A DNA stretch of 63,734 nt, filler included, from Folioceros fuciformis (taxonomy: Eukaryota), in assembly GCA_049999805.1 (NCBI GenBank). It is 5 parts of 5 records of this genome, joined end to end, with 100 filler letters (N's around TTAATTAATTAA, not from the genome) between each part and the next. Parts side by side here need not be neighbours in the genome. Positions count along the whole stretch, not along the records: positions 21,616 to 42,248 come from JBNGIO010006220.1; 4 more parts are not named here. One strand, 5' to 3'. The notes beneath the pieces are model-generated. The model was not told where the DNA came from. It was given only the letters and a program-made list of their open reading frames with translations, and made no database searches. This document shows positions 24,608 through 36,904 of this stretch, one piece after another (position 1 is the first letter of the stretch; every line of letters begins with the position of its first letter). Both the position numbers and the translations under genes were made by a program.

Positions 24608-26537
24608 TTTGGGTTTGGTATCTTCGTCACCCGTGTTTGTAGGATTTAACAGACACTAATGTGTGAAGTTGTAACCTGTGCTGTGCAGGTTAATCACAAC
24701 AAAGTATCTAGGAACAAATGTTAGGAGATGAATGATACCTAGTTCATGAAGACATCAGCAATCACAGAACATAATCAGGGTTAGAAACTCTATGTTGTGC
24801 TGCTGTCAATTTGTTTTCTAATTTTAAATGCCTCATCTTCCACTTATTATATGCGCAGGTGGAGTATAATGAGCAACAATTGGGTGCATCAAATCTGTGA
24901 CTTCTATTTGTCTTATCAGTATGCCTGTATACAACTCTAGAATGAGGGGAATTAGCAAGCATATGTGATTTCGACAAAGTCAACAATTTGAAATTCAGGT
25001 GAGAGATTTCTTCTCTCAGACCTTGAATACCCACACTAGAATCAATAAGGCGTCGCATGATGCTACTATGATTCCTTTCTATGTGGTTTTGGTATGATTC
25101 AAGCCTAGTTAGTAACGGCGAAATCCCTGTGTCTGATGCAGCATAAGTTGTGAGAAGTCCCCTATGATTGAGGTTACCAACAAAGCTCGCTGCAATCGCA
25201 CCACTTATGGAATCAACTTTCGGGGAAAATAAGGAGCAAAAGTCAAATGTCTCTGACCAAGGTAGAGAGTCTCCACTATTGTATTGAAGGCCTCCTGTAG
25301 GTTTCTGCAGAGATTAGGCGAATCTTGGTTGCGCAACATCCATGTCACAGTGTGCTGATGGATGGACTCCACAAGATTATGCCTGTTTTGATTTCGATTT
25401 TGCTACCTCATGTTGTTGTTTGCACGCTCAACAGGAACGTGCCAGACATTGTTTCCGCCGGTAGCCATTTGTGCCTGAATTTGTAGAAGCTTACAAGTAA
25501 AATGCAAATTATATGCATTTCTGTAAGCTATTTTCAATAAATTTCAGAAATCAATATAAAGGATCTGGCAATTGTTCTAGTGTACCTCTGCCAAAATTGC
25601 CTAAGGCAATCTGACCAGTGATGCACTAGAACAAGATCCAGGTTTAGCACATCTCCTTATAAAACANNNNNNNNNNNNNNNNNNNNNNNNNNNNNNNNNN
25701 NNNNNNNNNNNNNNNNNNNNNNNNNNNNNNNNNNNNNNNNNNNNNNNNNNNNNNNNNNNNNNNNNNAAGAAATTACATGTAGATGTAGATTTATTATAAA
25801 AATAACATTGCATATATTCAAGAAAAGAGAGTAAGTAAAACATTGAAACTTAAACTTAACTATTCATGAATGGGTGTGACTATTCATAATAGTCGTAACC
25901 CTAGCAAAGAGGTAAGACATTTTAAACTATACACACAATATGAAACTGGATATAATATAACCCTAATCTCATAATGCCAACATCGATACTCCTTCAATTA
26001 TGATGCTGGCTAGTGTCATGACTTAGAAAGTCCGTTAGAGTTTTGCATATGTGTGAACTTGTTGTGCAGATTGGTACTACATAAGTTGATCACTCATGGC
26101 AAATATGTGCATGGAAAGAGTAAATCTCTTGCGCTTTGACTAAAGAGACAGTTAACGGAGGAAAAGTTCTTAAAGAGAACAATTGGAGAGTACGCTTTTT
26201 GGCGGTTAACTTTGTGCACAGTTTATACCGGTTTAGGAATGTCCATCCAGGTGGTTGGTAACAGAATGGTGTGAGTATATAGTGATCAAGTAAGAATGAT
26301 TGGACATTCTTTTGATAATTCGCTTAGAAAGCTTGACAAAAAGGGAATGCACTAAGTGCTTTGGACCATTCGATTGCAATTGAAAAGCTGGTAGCGAACT
26401 GAACAATTGAATCAAAGCTTCTGTGTTACAAATTCTGTTTCCATGTATCATTGCATTTGAAAACGTTGTGATGGCGTGACGCAGAGCATCGTCGAACTGA
26501 CATCTTAAAACTTGTCAAGTGATTATGTCACAGCAAG

Positions 26538-26793
26538 GGAGGAGTAGTAGAGGAAAGCTACTCCTTTCATCGATGTCGTGTACAGCAAACCACCAAAGGG
26601 TGGAAGGATGGCCAATAGCCTTGGTGTGCACGATGGGGAGGAAGCACTCAAGGGGAGGCATCTAAGAATTATAAGCGTGATCACTTTACTCATATCGAGG
26701 GAGGAGAAGTAGAGGAAAGCTACTCCTTTTGTCGATCTCGTGTGCAGTAAACCACCAAAGAGTGGAAGGATGACCAGTAGCCTTGATGTGCAC
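26538..26793. repeat. Two diverged direct copies of about 95 bp
   Basis: ggaggagtagtagaggaaagctactcc...gccttggtgtgcac at about 26538-26630 and 26700-26793. Confidence 0.85.
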
Positions 26794-28560
26794 TGTTAGG
26801 AACCCTAAATACCAACCCCTTTTTAAATACATTAGGGTTAGATAGCCTTATATGCAGTTATAACCGTAAGATACATTACATGTACATTCCTCCTTGTAAA
26901 TAACTGTAACTCATTCATTCTTCATCGATGTGACCTTGAGTTCCAGACGTGCACTAGCGCTATCAGGCAACCATGTCATATCGCTTTATGGTATCAGAGC
27001 CTGGTTCTAATTAAATGCATTTCCTCATGAGTGGAAATCCCAAAAATCAAAGAAAAAGAACTCAAAACGCCGAAACATCGGGTTCTGACACAATCAGCAG
27101 ATAGAGGAGGTGTAAGTCGCAGAATTCCCATCTCCACGCTCAGGAGGGAATTCATTTGTGATGACTGTCGAGAGGAAGAGTGCTTATCTTCAAGCTCTTA
27201 TCTTGCACCTCCCTCTCGTCTGCGTGAGTGCATCCAAGGCCTATCCCGCACAAACAAGAGAAACTTCACACATACCCGGTTAGGCGATCCTGTGAGACAC
27301 AGATTGGCGAGCAGCGGCGATTTGCAACCACTTGTTGACAAGGTCAACCTACTTCAGGACTTTTTCGATGAACTCAGCGAGGTCATCTGGCAGATTCATG
27401 TCACTTGTCTCACACACAGGGTGATCAAATCCAACAGGATGAAGAAGAAATCGCCGCCGCACCAAATTTCGCGTTGCCTCATCTAACCATTCGTTTGCAA
27501 GAATGCAACCTAACTTAGATGAAGACGACGACGACCTTGATTTCAGTGCCGTTGGGATTGTGACTCCTTCTCGCCAGCCCCTACCACTTGATGCTGGTGA
27601 AGCTACTTCTGAAGAGGAGCCGCAAGTCATATCCCCAGGGCGAGAACAATGAAGACCTAATCCACCAACAGATGATCACATCCAACTTGGAGTTTCGGCT
27701 TTCTCTGGATTGACTGGAACGCCAGGCTCATCATCAACAGGTCTTCACAACAGCTTTTCACAAGCACTACAAGGTGGTGCAACCTCGACAACAGCGACGG
27801 CAATGGTCGTTTCTCAGCAACAACAATCGAGAGCGATTCCTGGTCAAGGAACATGCAACCCTATTCCAAATCCAGTGGCAAATCTTCCCACTATGGCTCA
27901 ACCTATTGCACCACTTCTTGGTTCCTTGAAGTGATTTCAAGGACTGTGACTGATTTAATGGCACGGATTATTCTGTATGGGCTATGAGGTTGAAGCAAAT
28001 TCTGGAGGAGAATGAGTTGATGGGAGTTGTTGATGGCTCTGAGCAATCACCAGCGCCAACCCCACTGAATGTTGACGATGTCCTAGCTTGGAAGCGGAAG
28101 GACAAACGTGCACGTTCAATCATCATTGCTTCACTAGATAGGATGATGATGCCTCACATGATTGATGCAGACACCTATGCAGCAGTTTGGAGTAACTTCA
28201 CCAGGATATAAAAGGACAAGAGTTTTGCCTCACAGATTCATTCATTCTGAGATTTTTTCTATCAGCGGATCAAGGAGACGGATTCGGTGAAGTCTTATAT
28301 CAACAAATTCAGAACTGCTCGTGCCAACCTAGCTTACAGTGGCACTACACATGGAGGTTCAAGCATCGACGGGTTTGCTCGCCTTCTTACCAGATAGTTA
28401 TGCTCTTTTTGCTAACTCTCTGCACGCAATTATTGCAGCAGCTGTACAGGCTACTGGAGTAGGGAATGTTCCTAACACATCATTAAAAGACGTTTTTGAT
28501 GCACTGCTTGTGGAGGAACATACATGTGGATTGTCCAAGACAAAGGGTTCTCTATTTCAG
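26794..28560 (+). mobile_element. 3'-truncated Copia element: 5' LTR, PBS, leader and degenerate gag
   Basis: tgttagg... at 26794, perfect PBS tggtatcagagc at 26989-27000, and gag LNGTDYSVWAMRLKQILEENELMGVVDG..WKRKDKRARSII, LLAFLPDSY. Confidence 0.8.
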
Positions 28561-29163
28561 TTAGTTGTAAATTGTTGAGCAGTAGGAAATGTCTGATCTG
28601 CCCATATTACTGAATTGTGCAGATGAATTGGAGCCAAATGGTTCTGAATTATACGAATTTGTGAATGCTTTCAAGAATTCCACCCGCTCTTCTTGCTAGC
28701 CTGGAGATAGAAGTTTCTTGAAGTACAGCCGCTCAAACTCCTCTCCAAAACACTCCAATTCAGATATAGGTTGTTGCTCGGCCATCCTATTCCTAGCAGT
28801 GGCTGGCCACACCTACCCGCAAGCGCCCTTTCGAGGCATATTGCCTTAACCACATCGAACCACGCACATTCTGCTCACTTGCCTAAAGAAAACATTTTTA
28901 AGAATCAAGAATTGAAATGTATTTTGGCAATTATGTAAAGATGATTCATTTAATCATCAGTTTGAGCAGGGCACGGGAATCGACTGCTCTGATACCATGA
29001 AAACTTTATCGTACACACAATAAACCACAAGCATGCACACAAAGAGTGTTCGATTAAGAACAAAGTTCACTATACATATGCCATTAGCACAAGCAGTTGT
29101 AACTGCTATGAACAACCTAACTACCTAAGGCATAACCCTAAGAGTATAGGCAATGTATTAACA
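28560..29163 (-). mobile_element. Truncated LTR element 5' end: LTR about 28998-29163, PBS and leader
   Basis: gctctgatacca (reverse complement of the PBS) at 28986-28997, followed by tgaaaac...ttaaca. The left boundary is approximate. Confidence 0.6.
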
Positions 29164-30115
29164 ACTAATATTTATTTATTTATCAGAAAGAGTGTACTTA
29201 TAGAGCAAGATTTTGAAGACCAACCAGAAGCTGCTGAAGATTGCCAAGAGGAAGGCTATTGAGCCTCATGACGATGATTGAGTTGAGTTGAAGAAATCCA
29301 TACCTCCCATGACAGAATGGACAGAAGACAGTGACCTGGATAGAGAAGGTTCTGAGTGGAAGGAGGTGCCTGAGCCCGAGGAAGAGGAATCGGCGAGAGA
29401 AGCCACTGAAACGTTGACTGATTTGGCAGACCTACCGCCATAGGAGGGACTTGTTGTCGAACCACCTATAGAGGCAAAAGGGAGTAAACCTACGAATGGT
29501 GGAGGGGGACAATTAGAGGAAGGAGAACCTACTGCGGAGGAGGGAAGAGAGCGAGAAGAGGTGCAAGAGGCAACAGAGGACAAAATTCTGCAAACAGAGA
29601 GTAAGCCTACATGTGCATATGGGGACCCTATGCGTTTGGGAGGAAAAGATCAAGACCTGAAGAAAGACAGCCAGCTGGTGCTGCCGACAGTCTCGGAGTC
29701 TCGAGGAGCAAAGAATCTTCCTATGCAGAGTGATCCAACCTCTGCCCACCCTTGTACAATGGTATCGAAGGGAGTGAAGCCCCCTTTTGTTGAAAACATT
29801 AATGCTTCACCCTTGCAAGATTCCAAGACGCAATAGCAAGGAGATTAGACGGAGAGTAGCAACAGGAGGCCAAGAGCTGATTGCGCAATGGCTAGGGAAG
29901 GAGATAGGCTAGGCTAGAGAGGCTGAGTTATTGTTGAAGACTAAGAATAGTTGATAGCCTCCTTATTGGACGGGATACTTGCTAGATTTGCTTTTTAAAC
30001 TACTTTAATCATGGTATCGGTGCCTAGGCCCCTAACTGAAAATAGATGGAAGGCTAGGAGTATAAGATGAGCTGCTGATGCTCATTTCACTGTGGATTTT
30101 AGGTGTGTTGAAGGA

Positions 30116-30322
30116 TATCGCGATTGCTAGGTAGGATTGATCATAGCACACTTGAGCAAGGAAGCAGCTATCGTGCGTGAGCAAAACTTGAGGCAAGAAC
30201 AATAAAAAACGGTTATTGGAGTTTGCGCGACTTGGCGCATATGAAGTTTGATGAAACGGTTATTAATTGCCTCCTTAATAAATCCTAATTAATACGAGTT
30301 GCTAATCTAAACACTTCCAACA
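30116..30322 (-). repeat. 3' LTR of the full-length Copia
   Basis: Matches 36013-36219 with about 11 substitutions in 207 bp (counted by eye). Confidence 0.95.
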
Positions 30323-33300
30323 CCCCCACTCAATGAGTATTGCCGTGATCTAGTCGAGATGTGTGTTTTGTGTTCTCTCACTCCTATAGCTTGGCACAGC
30401 TCCAAACCTGCAAACCGAGAGCATGCAATGACCAGGTACGTTCTGACACATTGTCTACACTATTGCTCAATCTGCAAACCTATACTACGCCCAACAACTA
30501 GCTCTTGATCATCCTCCTCCAGGTACAAGTCCAAGGCGCCTGCAATTTTCAAAATGCTGCTCCGCAGACAATGCCTTGGTTAAAATGTCCGCCGGATTCT
30601 TTGAAGTGCCTGATGTAGATTAATCTCACCTCGCCCCTTGCCACCACATCTCTAACAAAGTGATGATGAACCTCTATATGCTTCGTTCGGGAATGAAAAA
30701 CCGGGTTGTTGGTGAGGGGAATCGCTCCTTGGTTATCACAATATAGTTCTGTTGGTTCAGCCTGAGTTTGCCCAATGTTGTCCAAGCACCTTCGATCCCA
30801 GATGGCTTCCTTGGCAGCCATTGTCAATGTCTTGTATTCTGCTTCGGTACTTGATAGACAAATGTTTGCATTTTTCTTGCATGACCAAGAGATTGGTCCA
30901 CCAGCTAGTACAAAGACATATGCAGCGACGGACTTCCTACTGTCTGGGTCTACTGCCCAGTCACTATCACAAAATCCTACCAGCTCAAGCACTCTGCTGT
31001 CCACACCCTGGTAAATGATGCAATAGTCTGCTATATGCTTCAGGTATCTCATAATCTGCTTGACCTGAATCCAATGATCTTTGCCATGGCTTGCTAGGAA
31101 TTGAGAAACAAGATGCACATAAAACACAATATCCACCCTTGTCAAGCACGTCAGGTATATTAGCGTACCTATTGCTTCTTTGTAAGGCACCTTTTGCATT
31201 TCCTGAATTTCTGCTGCTGAGGCCGCTGCTTGCTCTTTTGACAACTTCACACCTGTAGACAAAGGAGTATTGTTGCCATGGGCATCCATCAGATTAAACC
31301 TGCTAAGCATGTCATTTATGTACTTCTTCGGCGACAGTTTGATCGACCTCTTGGATCTATCCCTGATCACCTCGACTCCCAAGCACCACTTGAGGGGACC
31401 TATGTCCGTCATTTCAAACTCCGCCTTCAGCAGATTTTTGACTGTGATTAGCAAACTAGCCGGACCTGGTGTTGCTGCTAGTATCAAATCATCTACATAC
31501 ACCAACAACAACAGGTATATTCCCTTCCTTTTTAGCACATACAAGTTGCAATCAGCTGTGGCCTTGATGAAACCACACGTCAACAAGAAAGCATCCAGCC
31601 TGTTGTGCCATGCTCGTGGGCTTTGCTTGAGCCCATAGAGTGTTTTGTTCAACTTGCACACCAGGTGTTCGCTTCCCTTTTTAACATACCCTTCTGGCTG
31701 CTGCATGTAGATTTCCTCATCCAAGGTTCCATTCAGAAAAGCTGTGCGAATGTCCATCTGTTCAAGATCAAGATCTTCATGTGCAGCCATGGCCAAGACA
31801 AGTCTAAGGGTCGGAAACTTCACAACAGGTGCAAATGTTTCGAAATAATCTTCTCCTGCACATTGTGAGAATCCTCTCACCACCAATCTTGCCTTCAACC
31901 TTTCTACGGACCCATCAACATTAAATTTAGTTTTGAAAACCCACTTATTGCTGATTGCTCTCCTGTTCTATGGCAGCTCCTGCAGGGTCCAAGTTCCATT
32001 TTTGATCAAGGATGCATACTCATCCTCGACTGCCTTCCTCCAGCCCTTACATCTGGGCCACTTTACGCCTCTTTCATGGTTGCTGGATCAGTTGGATTCA
32101 CGTTGGTTGCAGCGACTGCCAACACTTGAGCAACTGTGAGTTCATTATCCGGGTGACCTTGCTGTATGGTAGCCAGGAGGGATGAAAACGTGGGTGCTTC
32201 TTCCTCATCACTCATGTGCTCGTCCTCTCCTGCAAAAAAGTCCCCCACTGGATGCGAACTATCTACCTCTCCTGTGGAAAAATCAGTACGGCTGTGGCTA
32301 CTGGTCCACTGTTCAGGCCGGTAGAATGCAGGTGCTGTGCGAGTCCTAGTCGATGCTCGTGCTGGTGGTACTTCAGGTGCCGCTGGAGCTTCTGGAGCCT
32401 CCTCAAAAACTTTATCCCCTGCAGAAATCAAATCTGAGTCCTGAAGCACTTCCCCACTGAATCTTCGCCAGATATATCGAAGGTGTCCTCTTCGTCATGA
32501 GATACACTATGCTCGGATTGGTCAAATACTACTGGTTGGACTTCCTCCAGATTGTCCAATGCCATATCCAGTCTACTATGCCCAAATTCGAACGTGCTAA
32601 CTACATCTTCTTCTTGTGTAGGGGCAGCTTTAGGCATGGAATGTGAGGGCTCACCTCCACCAGCAGCAGCAGTGTGCTTGTGCTCCAGCAAAGCCTCATT
32701 GAAAATCACACTACGAGCATACTCAACCTGCCTAGTTGCAGGATCAAACAACTTATATGCCTTTATTCCATCTGTATACCCGATGAACACCCGCTTCACA
32801 GCTCTGTCCGACAGTTTTGCATGCTCCCTCTTCTGCTTGGGAACATGGGCGTAGGCTGGAGAGCCAAAAGCCCTCAGATGCTGCATTGTTGGTTTTCTCC
32901 CGCACCACAATTCATAGGGGGTTCGACCCTACAATGAACTGGTTGGCAACCTATTGTGAAGGTAAGCTGCTGTTGTAACTGCCTCTCCCCAATAGGTTAG
33001 GGGCAAATTCGCATGCTTCAATAACGCCCTTGTGGTGTCTTGACTAGTTTGATTCCACCTCTCCGCAACGCCATTTTGCGAGGAGCTATAAGGCACAGTG
33101 AATTGGCGTGCAATGCCAAGGTTGCTGCAGTAGTCATTGAATGCATTTGAGTCAAATTCTCCTCCATTGTCAGTTCGTAGGTAGAGAATTTTCACACCTA
33201 GCTGCAACTCTAGGCCAAGTAATGTTTAAAGCACCCAAAAGCTTTGTTCTTATGCTTCAAAATATAGATGTGCACATATCTGCTGTAATCATCTATAAAT

Positions 33301-36012
33301 GTTAAGAAATACCGGCCTCCCCCAAATGACTCCTTTGACACTGGGCCACACAGGTATACATGAACTGGCTACAACAATCCAGTTGCTCTTGTGCCACCAC
33401 CCTTCGGAAATGCTTTTACATGGTGCTTAGCAAAAGTACATGCTTCACAGAAATCTAGCCTGCTCAAGTTCTTTGGTACACCATCAAAATACACATCCAA
33501 ATTCTTCATTGCACTCAGCTTAGTGGGGTTCGTGTGCCCCAATCTCATGTGCCAGATATGAGTCACCCCAGCATCAGAAATAGATGGACTGACACCCGCT
33601 AATTGTGCTGAAGGTGCTGGTATACTATGTGCATCTAATGAGAACAAGTCGTGGGCTAAACTACCTCCGGCAATTGTTTTCCTTGACTGTTTGATTAGTC
33701 ACATGGACTTCTTAAAAATAACCTCATTGTGATTATCTGATGTGAGCTGATGAACTGAAAGCAAATTCTTTGTTATACTTGGAACATGAAGTACATTTCT
33801 GAGTGTGAGAATGGAACCACTTCTTAAGCGTAGGTTAACATCTCCTACTGCATGTATTTCTAGCTGACTATTGTCACCTAATAGCACTGTTTGTGGGGTA
33901 CTATTCTTAACATAGCTCACAAAGACAGATCTATCACAACAAATATGGGCAGTTGCCCTAGAGTCCACATACCAGCTTCCCTCGCAAGAGCTGGTTGCAT
34001 TCAGGCACACTGTTAGTGCTTGATGTGTATGACGGAACCTCTTGGTCGGCTTCTCATCAGCGCTGCATTCAGCTCCTTCCACAATAGAGGTCAGACTCGG
34101 AGGTGAACAAACCATGAGCACCGACGGCGATGTCTTCTCCTTCTTGGCGGCCACATGTGCCTCAAGTAACGGAACACGCCTCAGCTCATTGTTTTTCTTC
34201 TTCCTACAGTCCCTCTCCCAGTGGTTGGGAAGGCCGCACCAATTGCAGTTCCCTACTCTCTTCTTGTTTCCCGATGACTCTCCAGGTCCACTCAGGTTCG
34301 ACCACTTGCCCTTGCCAACCTGCTTGTTGCCCTGTGGCTGTCCAGGTCTCATAGGGCCCTTGGGCCTTGTAGTGAAGAGAGCTTGGCTTCTAGGTGGCTT
34401 GGATAACTGCCTGGTCATCTCCTCTTGCAGCAGAGCTCCAACCAATTCGTTGAACTCCAGTGCACGCAACTGATCATCATCGATGTTTGCTACCAAGGCC
34501 AGCTGCCTGGCCATCCGCAACACCGCATTCTGGCTAGACACAAAGTGTGAATAGCTCGGGGGTAAGGCTGACAGAAATCTTACACAGGCATCCTGCTCAT
34601 TCACTCGTGCACCAGTCTGCTCCAGCTTGAGTCTTGCACTCCGAAACTGCGTGACAAACTGGTCAATCGGTTCTCCTTCCCGCATTTTGAGTGAATGAAA
34701 TTTGGTTTGAGCAGCCATCCTCGTCATCATATCCTTGGCATGATAGACCATGGCCAAGTGATCTCACATTTCCTTAGATGTTTGGGCATCAATCACACTC
34801 ATAGCCATTTGCTCACTCAAGCCAATGCGAATAATGCCTTGTGCTCTCTCATCTAGCTGATCCCAGCGCTGCTGTCCAGGTGAAGTGCTTCGGAAACTAA
34901 GGATGTCATCGTCCGGCCTTGGAGTTTCTCCTGTGACATGTCCCCACAAGCCAGCTTCCCTCAAGAAACCACGCATGCGCATCACCCACACATCGTAGTG
35001 GGCTCCGCTGGTAAGGCGGTCCTTTTCCTTGAAATCAACCTTCATAGATGGGAGTCTCTCATGGTTAAGTCTTTCCTCGCGTTATTCTCCACCCTTTCTC
35101 TTCTTTCCTCTTCTCTATCCGCTCTCAGTTTTTCTAACCTCTCTTGTTCCTTCCTTGCACGCTCATAGTTGGCTTCCTCGTCCATTTCTGACTATTCAGC
35201 ACCCTCTTGGAACAAGCCCCTAATGCTCGCTTGAACTTGGTACTCAAGTGCCTGATCGAAGCCTTCATCTGAGCCGTCCTCCAGGATTTAAGATGAGGTA
35301 TCCTGAGTTGCACCCGCAGCAGGTGCATCAATTGTACACGGGGGGTCACAGAGCTGGTAGCGCCCTCTTCTCCTGAATTCGCAAGGATCGAAGCATGCTG
35401 GCCTCCTCTCTTGATGCCGATTAGCAAACCACCAATGCCGAGATTGCTCCATGGTCACTTGATGCATGTCAGCATTAGCAGCAGCGGTATCGCTGCTCTC
35501 CTCATCCTGGACCGTCCAATCCTCTCAAGAAACCACCAATCTCCAGAGCTTCCAGCACCCACTTGACCCAGCAAATTGTGCACAGGTTCTTAGGATCGAT
35601 GGAGCACAAGCCTTGCACGCTTGCGCACCGGGAAAGCACCAGATTGTGTGCTCCAGGTCTGGCCGTATTGTCGCCTTCGCTGCCTCACGCCAGGCTGCCT
35701 GCTACTGCACGCACACTGCTGGCTACAACAACCCAGCAATGCCGCTAGCACCTGGCTGCACTCCACCAGGCCTGGCAGCCCCTCACGCAAGTGCGCAACT
35801 AGGTCGCCGCCCAGCTGCGCCTCTACCACACGCCGCCGCGCTGTATCCAGCAATCCATCTCAGCCGCGCTGTATCCAGCAATCCATCTCAGCCACGCTAC
35901 CTGCATAGACGAATTCTGGCCTCTCTCAAGTGTGTGCGCCGCACGGATTAGCGGCCGCCAGGTCAAGCAATCAGCGCGCCCAAGTGCGCCATCTCCACCT
36001 GCTCTGATACCA

Positions 36013-36219
36013 TATCGCGATTGCTAGGTAGGATTGATCATAGCACACTTGAGCAAGGGAGCAGCGACCGTGCGTGAGCAAAACTTGAGGGAAGAACAAT
36101 AAAAAACGGTTATTGGAGTTTGCGCGACTGGGCGCATATGAAGTTTGATGAAATGGTTATTAACCGCCTCCTTAATAATTCTTAATTAATACGACTTGCT
36201 AATCTAAACACTTCCAACA
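36013..36219 (-). repeat. 5' LTR of the full-length Copia
   Basis: Directly abuts the PBS (TGGTATCAGAGC on the minus strand) and is flanked by the TSD AAGGA. Confidence 0.95.
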
Positions 36220-36904
36220 AAGGAGCCTAGGATGGCATTTCGGACTTGGCTGAGAAGCTACTTCTTTGCTGATTTTTGAAGGCTTTAGTCCTTCATCTTG
36301 AAGAAATTGTCACTCTTGCCCTTCATTCCAGATATCTCACCAGTGGCACTGTTAGTTTTTGCCACCAGGAGCAGCAAATCGCTCATGGGGACGGACCATG
36401 GAATCCTAGAACGACAATGGGTGTGGCCACTTAGCAAGGGTCCTCGGGGTTTCGGGGTCCTGCACAACCACACTCTGCTTCTTCATGGACTTGATTGAGT
36501 GTATACCTATCACCATACTTGTCCTCCCTTGTCCACTAGGGAGGTGACAAATTGAAAGTGAAACAAGGAGTTCCCCTCGAGTGTTGTTAAGAAATTCTTT
36601 GTTGCTTCTTGGTTTGTGAGCATACTTATGCCTTCATGCAACTGTTGCAACCTTTGAAAAGCCATTTGCACTATCTTCCCTTTCTTATATACAAAGGATG
36701 CAAGCTTTACAATTTTTTAGGAGTCTTTAGGGGGAAGGTGTTATCTAGGATTCCCATGAACTCTTCTACTAGGTTCATGTATTTGGGTGTGTGCACATAT
36801 TCATCTACACCCACGGTGGCTAACAGCCTTTCGACTACAGTCAAGCTCTTCATCGTTGGTGGCTGTGTAGTGGCAGCAATAGTTTTTTCGTGAAGAAAAT
36901 AATT

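Larger units (their letters stand above)
30116..36219 (-). mobile_element. Full-length Ty1/Copia retrotransposon (6.1 kb), coding region disrupted
   Basis: 207-bp LTRs at 30116-30322 and 36013-36219; TSD AAGGA at 30111-30115 and 36220-36224; PBS 36001-36012; PPT next to 30323. Order gag (zinc knuckle CNWCGLPNHWERDC), PR (WYVDSRATAH), INT (TDNGGEF, QNGVAER), RT (YVDD), RNase H (DSDWA, STEAEY, CDNQ). Confidence 0.96.

Noticed and set aside
26800-26840. aaccctaa / ttagggtt telomere-like words
   Set aside because: Isolated copies inside an LTR, not an array.
29170-30110. Acidic, purine-rich broken ORF that the full-length Copia interrupts, continuing at about 36225-36900
   Set aside because: No recognisable domain and many stops; probably an old transposon remnant that I cannot assign.
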